DNA of 64,000 nucleotides from Gammaproteobacteria bacterium (GCA_035638695.1 DASQZM010000075.1:43003-107002), one strand, 5' to 3'; shown: positions 1 through 10,916, numbered from the stretch's first letter. Numbers and translations: made by a program. The notes: generated by a model not told the origin, from the letters alone.

Positions 1-30
1 TACGCGGCGTCCCTGCGATCGAGGTGACAA

Positions 31-783
31 GTGCGGATTCTTCTGACCAACGACGACGGCTGTCACGCGGAAGGCCTTCAGACGCTCAGGCGCGCGCTGG
101 CCCGGATCGCCGAGGTGGTGGTGGTGGCACCGGACCGCAACCGCAGCGGTGCCAGCAACTCGCTGACGCTGGACCGGCCGCTGCGCATCCAGCGCCACGA
201 GGCGGACATGTACTGCGTGGACGGAACGCCGACGGACTCGGTGCACGTGGCGATCACCGGGCTGCTGGAGACCGATCCCGATATGGTGGTCTCGGGGATC
301 AATGCCGGCTCTAACATGGGCGACGACGTGCTGTATTCGGGCACGGTCGCCGGCGCCACCGAGGGGCGCTTCCTGGGGCTGCCCGCGATCGCGGTGTCGC
401 TCGCGGGCGACGAGCCCGTGTTCTTTGAGACCGCCGCCCGGGTTGCAGTGGATCTGGTCGGGCGGTTGCGGCGGGATCCGCTGCCGGCCGACACCATCCT
501 CAACGTCAACGTTCCCGACCGGACCTGGGACGAGTTGCGCGGTTATGCCGCCACGCGCCTGGGTCGTCGTCATCGCGCGGAACGGTTGACCCGCGCCACC
601 GATCCCCGCGGGCGGCAGGTCTACTGGATCGGTCCGGCCGGCCAAGAGGCGGACGCGGGGCCGGGCACCGACTTCCACGCCGTCTCGGCCGGGATGGTCT
701 CGATCACGCCGGTGCACCTGGATCTCACGCGCTACGAGGCCCTGGAGAAGGTCGCCGGCTGGCTGGACGGGCATTCGCAGTGA
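31..783 (+). CDS. surE: 5'/3'-nucleotidase SurE
   Basis: GTG start preceded by GAGGTG. N-terminal (M)RILLTNDDG motif typical of SurE. Canonical surE-pcm-nlpD-rpoS synteny. Confidence 0.95.
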   Translation: MRILLTNDDGCHAEGLQTLRRALARIAEVVVVAPDRNRSGASNSLTLDRPLRIQRHEADMYCVDGTPTDSVHVAITGLLETDPDMVVSGINAGSNMGDDVLYSGTVAGATEGRFLGLPAIAVSLAGDEPVFFETAARVAVDLVGRLRRDPLPADTILNVNVPDRTWDELRGYAATRLGRRHRAERLTRATDPRGRQVYWIGPAGQEADAGPGTDFHAVSAGMVSITPVHLDLTRYEALEKVAGWLDGHSQ

Positions 784-1442
784 ACGACAGGAAGCTGCTC
801 GGAATCGGCATGACCTCCCGGCGAACCCGCGAGCGCCTGGCCGCGCGCCTGGAGGAGCGGGGCATTCGCGACCAGCGGGTGCTCGATCTGATCCGGCACA
901 TGCCGCGCCACCTGTTCGTGGACGAGGCGCTGGCGAGTCGTGCGTACGAGGATACCGCGCTGCCCATCGGCTTCGGCCAGACTATCTCCCAGCCCTTCGT
1001 CATCGCCCGTATGACCGAGGCGGTGCTCGCCGGTGGGCCCCTGCGCCGGGTCCTGGAGGTGGGGACCGGCTCGGGCTACCAGACCGCGATACTTGCCCAA
1101 CTGGCGGAGAGCGTGTTCACCGTGGAGCGTATCGGCGGCTTGTTGCACCGGGCTCGCCGGCGGCTGCGCCACTACGGCATCCGCAACGTGCGCTTCGGCC
1201 ACAGCGACGGCGTCTGGGGCTGGCCCGAGGAGGGGCCGTTCGACGGCATCCTGGTCACCGCCGCGCCCCGCTACGTGCCGGAAGCGCTGGTGGACCAGCT
1301 CGCCTCGGACGGCCGCATGGTGCTTCCGCTGGGCCCACCGGGGGAGCAGAACCTGGTCCTGGCGCAGCGCAGGGACGATGAGGTCGAGCAGCAGGTTCTG
1401 GATAGGGTGAGCTTCGTCCCCCTGCGCGCGGGAGAAGAGTGA
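780..1442 (+). CDS. pcm: protein-L-isoaspartate O-methyltransferase
   Basis: SAM motif [13 protein letters not shown] and conserved [12 protein letters not shown] overlap with the surE stop. An alternative ATG at 810 ([10 protein letters not shown]) matches the Pseudomonas-type N-terminus. Confidence 0.93.
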   Translation: MNDRKLLGIGMTSRRTRERLAARLEERGIRDQRVLDLIRHMPRHLFVDEALASRAYEDTALPIGFGQTISQPFVIARMTEAVLAGGPLRRVLEVGTGSGYQTAILAQLAESVFTVERIGGLLHRARRRLRHYGIRNVRFGHSDGVWGWPEEGPFDGILVTAAPRYVPEALVDQLASDGRMVLPLGPPGEQNLVLAQRRDDEVEQQVLDRVSFVPLRAGEE

Positions 1443-1521
1443 TGGCGAGGCCTCGCAGGCAGGCGGCCGAGGCCGGGAGGCTGCGCGGGGAGCCGCGCCG
1501 TCACAGTCGCCGGGACTAGCT

Positions 1522-2292
1522 GTGGCGTGGCGGCGGTCGCCAACCCGGATTCGGTGTCTGGTCCTGCTGCTGCCGGCGGTCCTGCTGCTCGCGGGCTGTG
1601 CCGGGGCGCTCAACTGGCAACCCCAGGCCCACCGCGTGCGCAAGGGCGAGACGCTCTACTCCATCGCCTGGGAATACGGCCTTGACTGGCGCAAGCTGGC
1701 GCGCTGGAACCACCTTTCGGATCCCTCGACGATCTATCCGGGAGAGAAGATCCGCTTGAGTCCAGCCCACGGTGGCAGGACCGGATGGCATCCCGAGCGG
1801 GCGCCGGGGAGCACACCGCCGGCGCGCACCGCGTCGCGCGTATCACCGAAGCCGTCGTCTGCCTCGCATCCCGCCCGCCTGCCCAGCGAACAGGCCGGCC
1901 AGGCGCCGGCGGCGGCCGATTCGATCCACTGGCAATGGCCGGTCAAGGGCAAGATCGTTGAGGGTTTCCACCTGGGTACGCGCGGCAACAAGGGTGTTGA
2001 CATCGGCGGCTACGTGGGTGAAGCGGTGCACGCGGCCGCTTCCGGAAAGGTGGTGTACAGCGGCAGTGGACTTGTCGGATACGGGAAGCTTATTATCGTG
2101 AAACACACCAGCGATGTGCTGAGTGCGTACGCGTATAACAGGAGGTTGTACGTGCAGGAAGGGGACAGGGTCAGCGCGGGGCAGACGATCGCCGATATGG
2201 GCAAGGGTACGGACGGCAGGCCCATGCTGCATTTCGAAATCCGTGTCGGCGGCAATCCCGTGAATCCGGTGCGACTGTTGCCGGGAACGTGA
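1522..2292 (+). CDS. nlpD: murein hydrolase activator lipoprotein NlpD (LysM + M23 peptidase domains)
   Basis: Signal peptide with lipobox LLAGC. LysM-like HRVRKGETLYSIAWEYGL. Pro/Ala/Ser linker. C-terminal M23 domain (KGVDIGG...HFEIR). Confidence 0.93.
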   Translation: MAWRRSPTRIRCLVLLLPAVLLLAGCAGALNWQPQAHRVRKGETLYSIAWEYGLDWRKLARWNHLSDPSTIYPGEKIRLSPAHGGRTGWHPERAPGSTPPARTASRVSPKPSSASHPARLPSEQAGQAPAAADSIHWQWPVKGKIVEGFHLGTRGNKGVDIGGYVGEAVHAAASGKVVYSGSGLVGYGKLIIVKHTSDVLSAYAYNRRLYVQEGDRVSAGQTIADMGKGTDGRPMLHFEIRVGGNPVNPVRLLPGT

Positions 2293-2371
2293 CAGCCACC
2301 GGAGCTGTGTGCAACCCGTCTCCGCGTAGACATCCCGGCGTATGGGGATGAGCCCCAAAGGAGTAGCGGGT

Positions 2372-3406
2372 ATGAGTGCGCGATGGCGTGCCCATTCGGA
2401 CAGGGATCCCGTCCTGGATGGCCGGGCTTTTGTGGCTGTGGCAGGGGACGCCGAACCCACCGGTGATCTCGCCCCGGTCGAGTCCGAAGTCGACGGCGGC
2501 GTCCAGGCTTCGAGTGACGATACAAGCGACATCACCCCCTCCCGGCAACACTGGGATCCCGATCCCGACGTCCAGATGGACGCCACCCGGCTGTATCTCA
2601 ACGAGATCGGCTTCTCGCCGCTGCTGACCGCCGAGGAGGAAGTCCGGTTCGCGCGCCTGGCACAGCACGGGGACCCTGCAGCGCGCCGCCGGATGATCGA
2701 GAGCAACCTGCGTCTGGTGGTGAAGATTGCGCGTCGCTACATGAGCCGGGGGCTGCCGTTGCTCGACCTGATCGAGGAGGGCAATCTTGGCCTGATCCAT
2801 GCGGTGGAGAAGTTCAATCCGGAACTGGGCTATCGCTTTTCCACCTACGCCACCTGGTGGATCCGCCAGACCATCGAACGGGCCCTGATGAACCAGACCC
2901 GGACCATCCGCCTGCCGATCCACGTGATCAAGGAGATCAACGTGTACTTGCGCACGGCGCGGCAGCTGGCGCAGAAGGTCAACCACAATCCCAGCGCCGA
3001 AGAGATCGCACAGCAGCTCAGGCGGCCGGTCGCCGACATCAAGCGCGCCTTGGGGCTCAACGAGCGGACTGCCTCCATCGACGCGAGCATAAGCAAGGAC
3101 GACGATCGGGCGGTTCTGGACGCGATCCCGGACGAGAACTGCCAGGACCCGTCCGAGAGGCTGCAGGACGACGACCTTCAGGCGGTGCTGGACGGATGGC
3201 TGCTGCGACTGAACCCGAAGCAGCGCGAGGTGCTCGAGCGACGCTTTGGGTTGCACGGTTTCGAGAAGCAGACGCTGGAGCAGGTCGGGCGCGAGATCGG
3301 TCTGACCCGGGAGCGGGTACGCCAGATCCAGGTCGACGCCCTGGCGCGGCTGCGGCGCATCATGGAGACTGAGGGCCTGAACCAGGAGGCGCTGTTGAGC
3401 CCCTGA
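2372..3406 (+). CDS. rpoS: RNA polymerase sigma factor RpoS
   Basis: Region 2 [15 protein letters not shown] and region 4.2 [19 protein letters not shown]. The gene sits downstream of nlpD. I chose the ATG at 2372 because of the AAGGAG SD 8-9 nt upstream; the ORF stays open to 2342. Confidence 0.93.
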   Translation: MSARWRAHSDRDPVLDGRAFVAVAGDAEPTGDLAPVESEVDGGVQASSDDTSDITPSRQHWDPDPDVQMDATRLYLNEIGFSPLLTAEEEVRFARLAQHGDPAARRRMIESNLRLVVKIARRYMSRGLPLLDLIEEGNLGLIHAVEKFNPELGYRFSTYATWWIRQTIERALMNQTRTIRLPIHVIKEINVYLRTARQLAQKVNHNPSAEEIAQQLRRPVADIKRALGLNERTASIDASISKDDDRAVLDAIPDENCQDPSERLQDDDLQAVLDGWLLRLNPKQREVLERRFGLHGFEKQTLEQVGREIGLTRERVRQIQVDALARLRRIMETEGLNQEALLSP

Positions 3407-3420
3407 GCCGGAACACCCGC

Positions 3421-3448
3421 GGGGCCGCGCGACCGCTCGCGCGGTCCC
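3421..3448. terminator. GC-rich hairpin between convergent rpoS and DUF498 genes (possible bidirectional terminator)
   Basis: 12-bp stem (GGGGCCGCGCGA / TCGCGCGGTCCC, one G-U pair) with a 4-nt loop CCGC. There is no clear U-tract on either strand. Confidence 0.45.
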
Positions 3449-3476
3449 CGCTCGTGCACTGCGCCGGACACCGGCC

Positions 3477-3857
3477 TCAGTTGCGCGGGGGAATCAGGAG
3501 CGCGGCGGCCACCGGACGGTCCTCCGCCATGAGGATATTGTATGTCCGGCACGCGGCGTTGGTGGTCATGACCTCCACCCCGATGTGACGCTCGTACAGT
3601 GCCCGCAGCAGACGCGGATGGGGGAAGCGGTGGCTCTCGCCGGTCCCCAGTACCACCACGTCCGGGTCAAACTCGGCCACGCGCTGCATGTCCTCCGCGG
3701 TCAAGTCCTCGAAACTGGCCGGGCGCCAGTCCTCGATCAGGCTGTCCGGCGTGACGATCAGGCTTCGCTGGTAGGTGGCCTCGTTGATGCGCACCTCGCC
3801 GGGTGCGTAACCGCGTATGTAATTGCCCTGAACGGGAATATCCTGCTCTATCTTCAT
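3477..3857 (-). CDS. Mth938-like / DUF498 family protein
   Basis: 126-aa product starting MKIEQDIPVQGNYIRGY... ending ...RTYNILMAEDRPVAAALL, typical of the DUF498 family. The upstream part of the 213-aa ORF is Arg/Ala-rich non-coding-like sequence. Confidence 0.8.
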   Translation of the reverse strand: MKIEQDIPVQGNYIRGYAPGEVRINEATYQRSLIVTPDSLIEDWRPASFEDLTAEDMQRVAEFDPDVVVLGTGESHRFPHPRLLRALYERHIGVEVMTTNAACRTYNILMAEDRPVAAALLIPPRN

Positions 3858-4099
3858 GTCCCCCAACATAGTGCAAGCGGCACCAGATGTACAAGCGGGC
3901 CGGACCGCTCCGATTGACAGCGAGGCCCCGGCTGGGTAGGTTTGCCTGTTTCCGCCCGGAGGATGCGGGAGGCGCTGCAGCGCCGCGATGTGGGCGTGAA
4001 GCGAAGCGGCCCGCGCCCGGAGAGCGCCGCGCAGGCGTCCGCCGGCCCGGTGGGTCGAGCGGCGCCGGCGACCGCAGCACAGCGACCGAGTAGACCGAA

Positions 4100-5278
4100 T
4101 TGATAGAAGAATTTCCACGCATCAAGCGCCTGCCTCCGTACGTATTCAACATCGTCAACGAGCTCAAGGCCGCGGCGCGTGCGCGAGGCGAGGACATCGT
4201 CGATTTCGGCATGGGCAACCCGGACCAGCCCACGCCCCGGCACATCGTCGACAAGCTGGTCGAGGCCGCCCAGCGTGGAGATACGCACCGCTACTCCCAA
4301 TCCCGGGGAATCAAGCGCCTGCGGCGCGCGATCTGCAACTGGTACCGGAGCCGCTACCAGGTGGAGCTGGATCCGGAGAGCCAGGCCATCGTGACCATCG
4401 GCTCGAAGGAGGGGCTCGCGCACCTGGCACTGGCGACGGTCGGCCCGGGCGATGCCGTGCTGGTGCCGAACCCGGCTTATCCGGTGCATCCCTACGGCTT
4501 CGTTATCGCCGGTGCGGACATCCGGCACGTGCCGATGGTGCCGGACGGGGATTTCTTCGCCGAGCTGGAAAAGGCGATCCGGGACTCGTGGCCGATGCCC
4601 AAAATGCTGGTGCTCAACTTCCCGGCCAACCCCACCGCGCACTGCGTCGAGCTGGACTTCTTTCGCAAGGTGGTGGAGATCGCCCGCGAGCACCAGATCT
4701 GGGTGATCCACGATTTGGCCTACGCCGACCTGTGTTTCGACGGCTACACGGCGCCCTCGATCCTCCAGGTGCCCGGCGCGACGGAGGTGGCGGTGGAGTC
4801 CTACACCCTGTCCAAGAGCTACAACATGCCGGGTTGGCGGGTCGGATTCCTGTGCGGCAATGAGCGGCTGATCGGCGCGCTGGCGCGGATGAAGTCCTAC
4901 CTGGATTACGGCATCTTTACCCCGGTCCAGGTGGCTGCCATTTCCGCTCTGGAGGGGCCCCAGGACTGCGTTGCCCGGACCCGCGAAACCTACCGTCGGC
5001 GCCGCGACGTACTGTGCGACGGACTGGCGCGTGCAGGCTGGGAAGTGGAGCGGCCCAGGGCTACGATGTTCGTGTGGGCGCCGGTCCCGGAGTCCTTCCG
5101 GGAAATGGGCTCGCTGGAGTTCAGCAAGGTGCTTCTGCGCGAGGCGAAGGTGGCGGTGTCACCGGGGATCGGCTTCGGCCAGTACGGCGACGACCATGTC
5201 CGGTTCAGCCTGATCGAGAACGAACACCGTACCCGGCAGGCCGTGCGCGGGATCAAGCGCATGCTGCGGAACCACTGA
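4100..5278 (+). CDS. PLP-dependent aminotransferase, class I/II (alanine/aspartate transaminase-like)
   Basis: N-terminus (M)[18 protein letters not shown]-lysine motif [12 protein letters not shown]. Located upstream of hom-thrC as in many proteobacteria. TTG start. Confidence 0.9.
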   Translation: MIEEFPRIKRLPPYVFNIVNELKAAARARGEDIVDFGMGNPDQPTPRHIVDKLVEAAQRGDTHRYSQSRGIKRLRRAICNWYRSRYQVELDPESQAIVTIGSKEGLAHLALATVGPGDAVLVPNPAYPVHPYGFVIAGADIRHVPMVPDGDFFAELEKAIRDSWPMPKMLVLNFPANPTAHCVELDFFRKVVEIAREHQIWVIHDLAYADLCFDGYTAPSILQVPGATEVAVESYTLSKSYNMPGWRVGFLCGNERLIGALARMKSYLDYGIFTPVQVAAISALEGPQDCVARTRETYRRRRDVLCDGLARAGWEVERPRATMFVWAPVPESFREMGSLEFSKVLLREAKVAVSPGIGFGQYGDDHVRFSLIENEHRTRQAVRGIKRMLRNH

Positions 5279-5302
5279 ATCCCGATTGCCAGGAGCCGGC
5301 AC

Positions 5303-6619
5303 TTGGAAGAGGTGAAGATCGGCCTGCTTGGCCTGGGGACCGTGGGAAGCGGTACGGTCAACCTGCTGAGCAGCAGCGCGGGCGAAATCCACCGGCGGCT
5401 GGGGCGCCGGGTGGCGGTGACGCGCGCCTGTGTCAAGGACCTGACCCGGCACCGCGATTGCGACGTTGCCGGGATCGCGCTGACCCGGGACCCCTATGAG
5501 GTGATCCGCGACCCGGGGATCTCCATCGTGCTGGAGCTGATGGGGGGATACGAGCCTGCCCGCCAACTGGTGCTCGCCGCCATCGAGGCGGGCAAGCACG
5601 TGGTTACCGCGAACAAGGCGCTGATCGCCAAGTACGGCAACGAGATCTTCGAGGCGGCCCACCGGCGCGGCGTTATGGTGAGCTACGAGGCCGCGGTAGC
5701 GGGCGGCATCCCGATCATCAAGGCGGTTCGCGAAAGCCTGGCGGGCAACCGGATCCAGTGGGTCGCCGGCATCGTCAACGGCACGGCAAACTTCATCCTG
5801 ACCCAGATGCGCGACGAGGGGGCGTCGTTCGAGGATGCGCTCGCCGACGCCCAGCGGCTGGGCTACGCGGAGGCCGACCCCACCTTCGATGTCGAGGGCA
5901 TCGATGCCGCGCACAAACTGACCATCCTGGCCTCAATCTCCTTCGGCATCCCGCTGCAGTTCGACCGCGTCTACACCGAGGGCATCAGCGGTATCGGGCG
6001 CGAGGACATCGCGTACGCGGAGGAACTCGGCTACAGCATCAAGCACCTGGCGATCACGCAGCGCACGGAGGATGGTATCGAGCTTAGGGTGCATCCGACG
6101 CTAATGCCCCGGCGACGGCTGATCGCCAATGTCGACGGCGTGATGAATGCGGTGCTGGTGTACGGTGACGCGGTTGGCCACACCATGTACTTCGGCGCCG
6201 GCGCGGGCGCGGAGCCCACCGCCTCGGCCGTGGTCGCGGACGTGCTCGACCAGGTCCGCTCGCTGCACGTGGAGGTGGTGAACCGGGTGCCGGATCTCGC
6301 CTTCCGGGCGGAAGCGATATCCGAGGAAGAGCAGGTGCTGCCGATGGAGGCGATTACCACGGCCTACTATCTGCGCCTGCCGGTAGAGGACAGTCCCGGG
6401 GTCATGGCTGACATCACGCGGATCCTGGCGGATCTGGGCATCAGCCTGGAGGCGATCCTGCAGAAGGAGCCCGAGCCCGACCAGGACAGCGTTCCGATCA
6501 TTATGCTGACCTATCGTATCCAGGAACGCCAGATGAACGAGGCGCTGCGCCGGATTGCACGCCTGGACGCCGTTCATGGCAAAATCACCCGCATCCGGTT
6601 GGAACACTTCGACGCCTGA
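5303..6619 (+). CDS. hom: homoserine dehydrogenase
   Basis: NAD motif [11 protein letters not shown], central Hom catalytic region, C-terminal ACT-like domain. TTG start with AGGAG upstream; alternative GTG at 5312. Confidence 0.95.
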   Translation: MEEVKIGLLGLGTVGSGTVNLLSSSAGEIHRRLGRRVAVTRACVKDLTRHRDCDVAGIALTRDPYEVIRDPGISIVLELMGGYEPARQLVLAAIEAGKHVVTANKALIAKYGNEIFEAAHRRGVMVSYEAAVAGGIPIIKAVRESLAGNRIQWVAGIVNGTANFILTQMRDEGASFEDALADAQRLGYAEADPTFDVEGIDAAHKLTILASISFGIPLQFDRVYTEGISGIGREDIAYAEELGYSIKHLAITQRTEDGIELRVHPTLMPRRRLIANVDGVMNAVLVYGDAVGHTMYFGAGAGAEPTASAVVADVLDQVRSLHVEVVNRVPDLAFRAEAISEEEQVLPMEAITTAYYLRLPVEDSPGVMADITRILADLGISLEAILQKEPEPDQDSVPIIMLTYRIQERQMNEALRRIARLDAVHGKITRIRLEHFDA

Positions 6620-6654
6620 AGGGACTCCGGCCGCCCCGTTCACAGAGGATCCCC

Positions 6655-7797
6655 ATGCCGCAGCGCCGCCGTTACACCGGACTCATCGAGCGCTATCGCA
6701 CTCGCCTGCCCATCGCTGAAGGCACCGTGCCGGTCAGCCTGGGCGAAGGCGACACCCCGTTGATCCGGCTGCGAAACATCCCGCACGACATCGGGCGCGA
6801 GGTGGATCTGTACGTCAAGTTCGAGGGCCTCAACCCGACCGGCTCGTTCAAGGACCGGGGCATGACGGTCGCGGTGACCCGCGCCGTTGAGGAGGGCAGC
6901 AAGGCCATCATCTGCGCTTCCACGGGCAACACTTCAGCCTCCGCGGCGGCCTATGCCGCGCGCGCGGGGCTGACCGCGTTCGTGCTGATCCCGGACGGCA
7001 AGATCGCCATGGGCAAGCTGGCGCAGGCCATGATGCACGGTGCCGTGGTGCTACAGATCCGCGGCAACTTCGACGACGGCATGCGGCTGGTCAAGGAAGT
7101 CGCCACGCAAGCGCCGGTGACCATCGTGAACTCGATCAACCCCTACCGCCTGCAGGGTCAGAAGACGGCGGCCTTTGAGATCGTCGAGGAGCTCGGCGGG
7201 GTTCCCGACTACCACTGCCTGCCGGTGGGCAATGCCGGCAATATCACCGCGTACTGGATCGGCTATTCGGAGTGCTCCACCGAGCCCGGCGCGGTAACCA
7301 CGGAGGCCTGCGCCTTCTGTGGCGGAGAGTGCCGGTTTCTCCAGTCGCCGCTGGCCACCCGCCGCCCCGTGATGCTCGGCTACCAGGCGAGTGGCAGCGC
7401 GCCGTTCCTGCGCGGTGCGATGGTCGACCAGCCCGAGACCGTGGCCACGGCGATCCGCATCGGGCATCCACAGAGCTGGGCGCAGGCGTGGAAGGTGCAC
7501 GAGGAGTCGGGGGGCTGGTTCGCCGAGTTCTCCGATGAGGAGATCCTGGCGGCGCAGAGAATGCTCAGCAGTCGCGAGGGCGTGTTCTGCGAGCCGGCAT
7601 CCGCGACCTCGCTGGCGGGGGCCCTGCGCGACATCCGGGAGGGCCGCATCCCCGAGGGCAGCACGGTCGTGTGCACGCTCACCGGCCACGGGCTGAAGGA
7701 TCCGGACATCGCGATCGAGCAATGTCGCGGCTGCATCCAGGATATCGATGCCGATCTCGACGCGGTCAAGGGCGCGATTCTCGGGCGCCTGGCCTGA
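6655..7797 (+). CDS. thrC: threonine synthase (short form) with a Cys-rich insertion
   Basis: PLP-lysine motif [11 protein letters not shown] and GNAGNITAY. Follows hom. Confidence 0.94.
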   Translation: MPQRRRYTGLIERYRTRLPIAEGTVPVSLGEGDTPLIRLRNIPHDIGREVDLYVKFEGLNPTGSFKDRGMTVAVTRAVEEGSKAIICASTGNTSASAAAYAARAGLTAFVLIPDGKIAMGKLAQAMMHGAVVLQIRGNFDDGMRLVKEVATQAPVTIVNSINPYRLQGQKTAAFEIVEELGGVPDYHCLPVGNAGNITAYWIGYSECSTEPGAVTTEACAFCGGECRFLQSPLATRRPVMLGYQASGSAPFLRGAMVDQPETVATAIRIGHPQSWAQAWKVHEESGGWFAEFSDEEILAAQRMLSSREGVFCEPASATSLAGALRDIREGRIPEGSTVVCTLTGHGLKDPDIAIEQCRGCIQDIDADLDAVKGAILGRLA

Positions 7798-7879
7798 CGG
7801 GCTGGCAGGCGCCCGCGTCGGGGGAGCCGTGGCGCCGCGCGCAGCCATCGAATTCCCGCGAGCAGGAGGCACCGAGTAG

Positions 7880-8911
7880 ATGCGACGTGAGCTCACCCTG
7901 CTGGTGCCGGGCCTGTTCGGCCCGCTGCCCGGGGTACCGGCGGATCAGCTGGTCCCCGGTGAGCCGCTGCCGGGACTGGAGGGTCTGCTGGCGCGTGCGC
8001 CGGCGCGCGTTTTTCCCGCGCGCAGCCCGGAGCGCGCCCTGCTGCGGCTGTTCGGCTGCGACCCGGAAGCGGCCGGGGTGGCCGCTACCAGCTATCTGGG
8101 TGATACGGGCCACTCGCCGGAAGGACCGCTGCTGCGCGCCGATCCCGTCTACATGCGTGCTGCCACCGGCGCCCTGATGCAGTTCGACGGTTCCGGGCTC
8201 GGCCTGGAGCAGAGCGAGGCAGATGCGCTTGTGGCGGCCTGCAACGAGCTGCTGGAAGGGGACGGAGCCCAGCTGAGCGCCCCGGCCCCCCATCGCTGGT
8301 ATCTCCACCTCAAACGCCTGCCGCGCGTGCGTACCCGGCCGCTGTCGGAGACGCGGGGCGTCGATCTCACGCGACTGATGCCGACGGGGGAGGAGGGCGC
8401 CTTCCTGCGTGGACTGCTCACCGAGCTGCAGATGGTGCTCACGGACCACCGCGTCAATCGCGAGCGCGAGCGGGCCGGGCGCCCCGCGGCCAACTCCCTG
8501 TGGCTGTGGGGCGAGGGCGACGACCCGCAGCCGGAGGTTCATTGCTGGAACAGCGTATGCAGCGAGGACCCCCTCGCGCGCGGCCTGGCCGTGCGCGCCC
8601 GGGTCCCGGCACGCCGGCTGCCGGACGACGCCGGCCCGGTACTCGCCGCCACGACGACCGGGCCGGAGCTGGTGATGCTGGATCAGGCGTGGCAGGTGGT
8701 GCAGTACGGCGACCCGCGCGAGTGGATGCAGGTCCTGCAGGCGCTGGAGCGGTCCTGGTTCCGCCCGGTGTGGCAGGCGCTTCGGCGGCGGCAGCTCGGG
8801 CGCGTGCATGTGCTGCCGCTCGACGGTCGCGCGTACCGCGCCGGACGTGCGGACCGCTGGCGTCTGTGGCGGCCCCGGCGAAGCGTCGCGCGCCTGGCGG
8901 GCGCCACGTGA
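7880..8911 (+). CDS. conserved protein of unknown function (RpfE-type regulatory protein-like, from memory)
   Basis: 343-aa ORF with ATG preceded by GCAGGAGG. Its stop overlaps the recJ GTG (GTGA). Motif NSLWLWGEG. The position before recJ-prfB-lysS matches the Xanthomonas rpfE locus as I recall it. Confidence 0.7.
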   Translation: MRRELTLLVPGLFGPLPGVPADQLVPGEPLPGLEGLLARAPARVFPARSPERALLRLFGCDPEAAGVAATSYLGDTGHSPEGPLLRADPVYMRAATGALMQFDGSGLGLEQSEADALVAACNELLEGDGAQLSAPAPHRWYLHLKRLPRVRTRPLSETRGVDLTRLMPTGEEGAFLRGLLTELQMVLTDHRVNRERERAGRPAANSLWLWGEGDDPQPEVHCWNSVCSEDPLARGLAVRARVPARRLPDDAGPVLAATTTGPELVMLDQAWQVVQYGDPREWMQVLQALERSWFRPVWQALRRRQLGRVHVLPLDGRAYRAGRADRWRLWRPRRSVARLAGAT

Positions 8912-10635
8912 CCCGGGTGCGTATCCAACGTCGGCCTGCAGGGGCGAGGGGCCGGCTCCCCGCCGACATGCCGCCGGTGCTGCGCCGGGTATACACGGCT
9001 CGTGGCATCGCTGATCCGGCAGAGCTCGAATACCGGCTCGAGAATCTGCACCACATGCGCAGCCTGGGTGGGCTGGACGCGGCCGTGGATCTGCTCGCGG
9101 CTGCGGTCACCGAGGGGCAACGGGTCCTGATCGTGGGTGATTTCGATGCCGACGGCGCCACCAGCAGTACGGTGGCGCTGCGCGCCCTGCGGGCCATGGG
9201 GCTGGAGCGGGTCGGTTACCTGGTGCCGAACCGCTTCGAGTACGGCTACGGTCTCAGTCCGGAGATCGTCGAAGTGGCGGCGCGCGAGTCCCCGGACGTC
9301 ATCGTCACGGTGGACAACGGCGTCTCGAGCGTGGCCGGGGTGGTGTCGGCCCGGCAACACGGCATCCGGGTACTGGTGACCGACCACCACCTGCCGGGCG
9401 AGACCCTGCCGGCCGCTGACGCGATGGTGAATCCGAACCTGCGCGGCGACCCGTTTCCCAGCAAGCACCTTGCCGGTGTAGGCGTGATCTTCTATGTGAT
9501 GCTGGCGCTGCGCGCCCGCCTGCAACGGGATGGCTGGCTGGACGGGCGCCGGCGCGAGGTTCCCAACATGGCCGACCTGCTCGACCTGGTTGCCCTGGGC
9601 ACGGTGGCCGACGTCGTACCCCTGGACCGGAATAACCGGGTGCTGGTCAGCCAGGGGCTGCGCCGGATCCGGGCGGGCCGGGCCTGTCCGGGGTTGCTTG
9701 CGCTGTTGCAAGCGGGGGGTCGGGATCCGGCCCGGGCGGTATCCGCAGACCTGGCTTTTGCCGCTGGACCGCGGCTCAACGCGGCGGGGCGGCTGGAGGA
9801 CATGTCGCTTGGGATCGAGTGCCTGTGCAGCGATGATCCGGCGCGAGCGACCGATCTGGCCGCGCGCCTCGACGGGCTCAATCGGGAGCGACGGGAGATC
9901 GAGGGACGCATGCAGCAGGAGGCGCATGCCTACCTGGACGGGATGCGCCTGGACGACAGCCGGCTTCCGGTCGGCCTGTGCCTCTACGATCCGGCGTGGC
10001 ACCAGGGTGTGGTGGGGATCCTGGCATCGCGAGTGAAGGAACGCGTGCAGCGGCCGGTGATCGCCTTCGCCCGCAGCCGCGACGGCGAGCTCAAGGGCTC
10101 CGCGCGGTCGGTTCCCGGGATGCACATGCGGGACGCGATCGGCGCGGTCGCGACGCGCCATCCCGAGCTGGTGGGACGGTTTGGCGGGCATGCCATGGCA
10201 GCCGGATTGAGTCTTGCGGAGGCGCACTACGAGCGATTCGCCCGTGCCTTCGACGAGGAGGCCCGCCGGCGACTGGACGACAATATCCTGGAACGCGTGA
10301 TCCACAGCGACGGCGAGCTTTCCGGCGCCGAGCTGACCCTGGAGACGGCGCGTGTGCTGCGTGATGCCGGCCCGTGGGGACAGGGATTCCCCGAGCCCGT
10401 CTTTGACGGCGAGTTCGAGGTCCTGGAGCGCCGCGTGGTGGGCGAACGGCATCTCAAGCTGACCCTGGGCGCGGGGAACGGGACGCTTCGGCTGGACGCC
10501 ATCGCCTTCAACCACGGGGAAACGTGGCTGCCGGAGGAGCGATCCCGGGTGCGTGCCGCCTACCGCCTGGACGTCAATGCTTTTCGCGCCCGGGAGCGGC
10601 TGCAGCTGATCGTGGAGCACCTCGAGCCGGTATGA
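8908..10635 (+). CDS. recJ: single-stranded-DNA-specific exonuclease RecJ
   Basis: DHH-family motifs (VGDFDADGATS, VTDHH) and DHHA1 region GGHAMAAG. A GTG at 8908 gives 575 aa (E. coli RecJ is 577 aa). The ORF-track extension to 8500 overlaps the upstream gene and is Arg/Pro-rich. Confidence 0.93.
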   Translation: MTRVRIQRRPAGARGRLPADMPPVLRRVYTARGIADPAELEYRLENLHHMRSLGGLDAAVDLLAAAVTEGQRVLIVGDFDADGATSSTVALRALRAMGLERVGYLVPNRFEYGYGLSPEIVEVAARESPDVIVTVDNGVSSVAGVVSARQHGIRVLVTDHHLPGETLPAADAMVNPNLRGDPFPSKHLAGVGVIFYVMLALRARLQRDGWLDGRRREVPNMADLLDLVALGTVADVVPLDRNNRVLVSQGLRRIRAGRACPGLLALLQAGGRDPARAVSADLAFAAGPRLNAAGRLEDMSLGIECLCSDDPARATDLAARLDGLNRERREIEGRMQQEAHAYLDGMRLDDSRLPVGLCLYDPAWHQGVVGILASRVKERVQRPVIAFARSRDGELKGSARSVPGMHMRDAIGAVATRHPELVGRFGGHAMAAGLSLAEAHYERFARAFDEEARRRLDDNILERVIHSDGELSGAELTLETARVLRDAGPWGQGFPEPVFDGEFEVLERRVVGERHLKLTLGAGNGTLRLDAIAFNHGETWLPEERSRVRAAYRLDVNAFRARERLQLIVEHLEPV

Positions 10636-10916
10636 GCGGGCCGGCGCAGGGCGGTATGGCAGCAGGCGCCGGCAGCGTGCCATGGCGTCCTACGGACCCG
10701 CCGCGATTCCCAGCATCAGATCCAGGTGTCCGAGGCTGCGCGCCAGCGGTTCGGCCGCGGAGAAGTCGCCGGCCGCCGGGTGAATGCGACCCCCGCCCGT
10801 TACCGGCGCGGCACGGCTGCCCCGGGATAGGGTCGCTCCCTGCCTACCGCGTGCCAGCTCGCGGCGGGCTCGTGTAGAATGCACCCTTTCCGCTCCCACG
10901 GCCTGCGAGAGGCAGC

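Noticed and set aside
3887-4093. A 68-aa + strand ORF in the divergent region between the DUF498 gene and the aminotransferase gene.
   Set aside because: It is extremely Arg/Gly/Pro/Ala-rich (about 20% Arg), has no SD and sits in a probable promoter region. A TTGACA-N17-TAGGTT promoter-like match at 3914-3942 is noted, but I consider it too weak to list as a feature.
8500-8907. A 136-codon N-terminal extension of the recJ ORF.
   Set aside because: It overlaps the well-formed upstream gene in another frame, is Arg/Pro/Gly/Ala-rich, and would make RecJ about 135 aa longer than orthologues. The GTG at 8908 gives the expected length and a GTGA coupling junction.
8683-10683. A 666-aa minus-strand ORF opposite recJ. 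Similar cases lie opposite fdhA (32810..34390, 526 aa), gacS (36469..38025 and 38314..39408), comEC (56488..58242) and others.
   Set aside because: All are antisense to genes with strong family signatures, show Arg/Pro/His-rich low-information composition and lack RBS-supported starts. I treat them as GC-driven artefacts.
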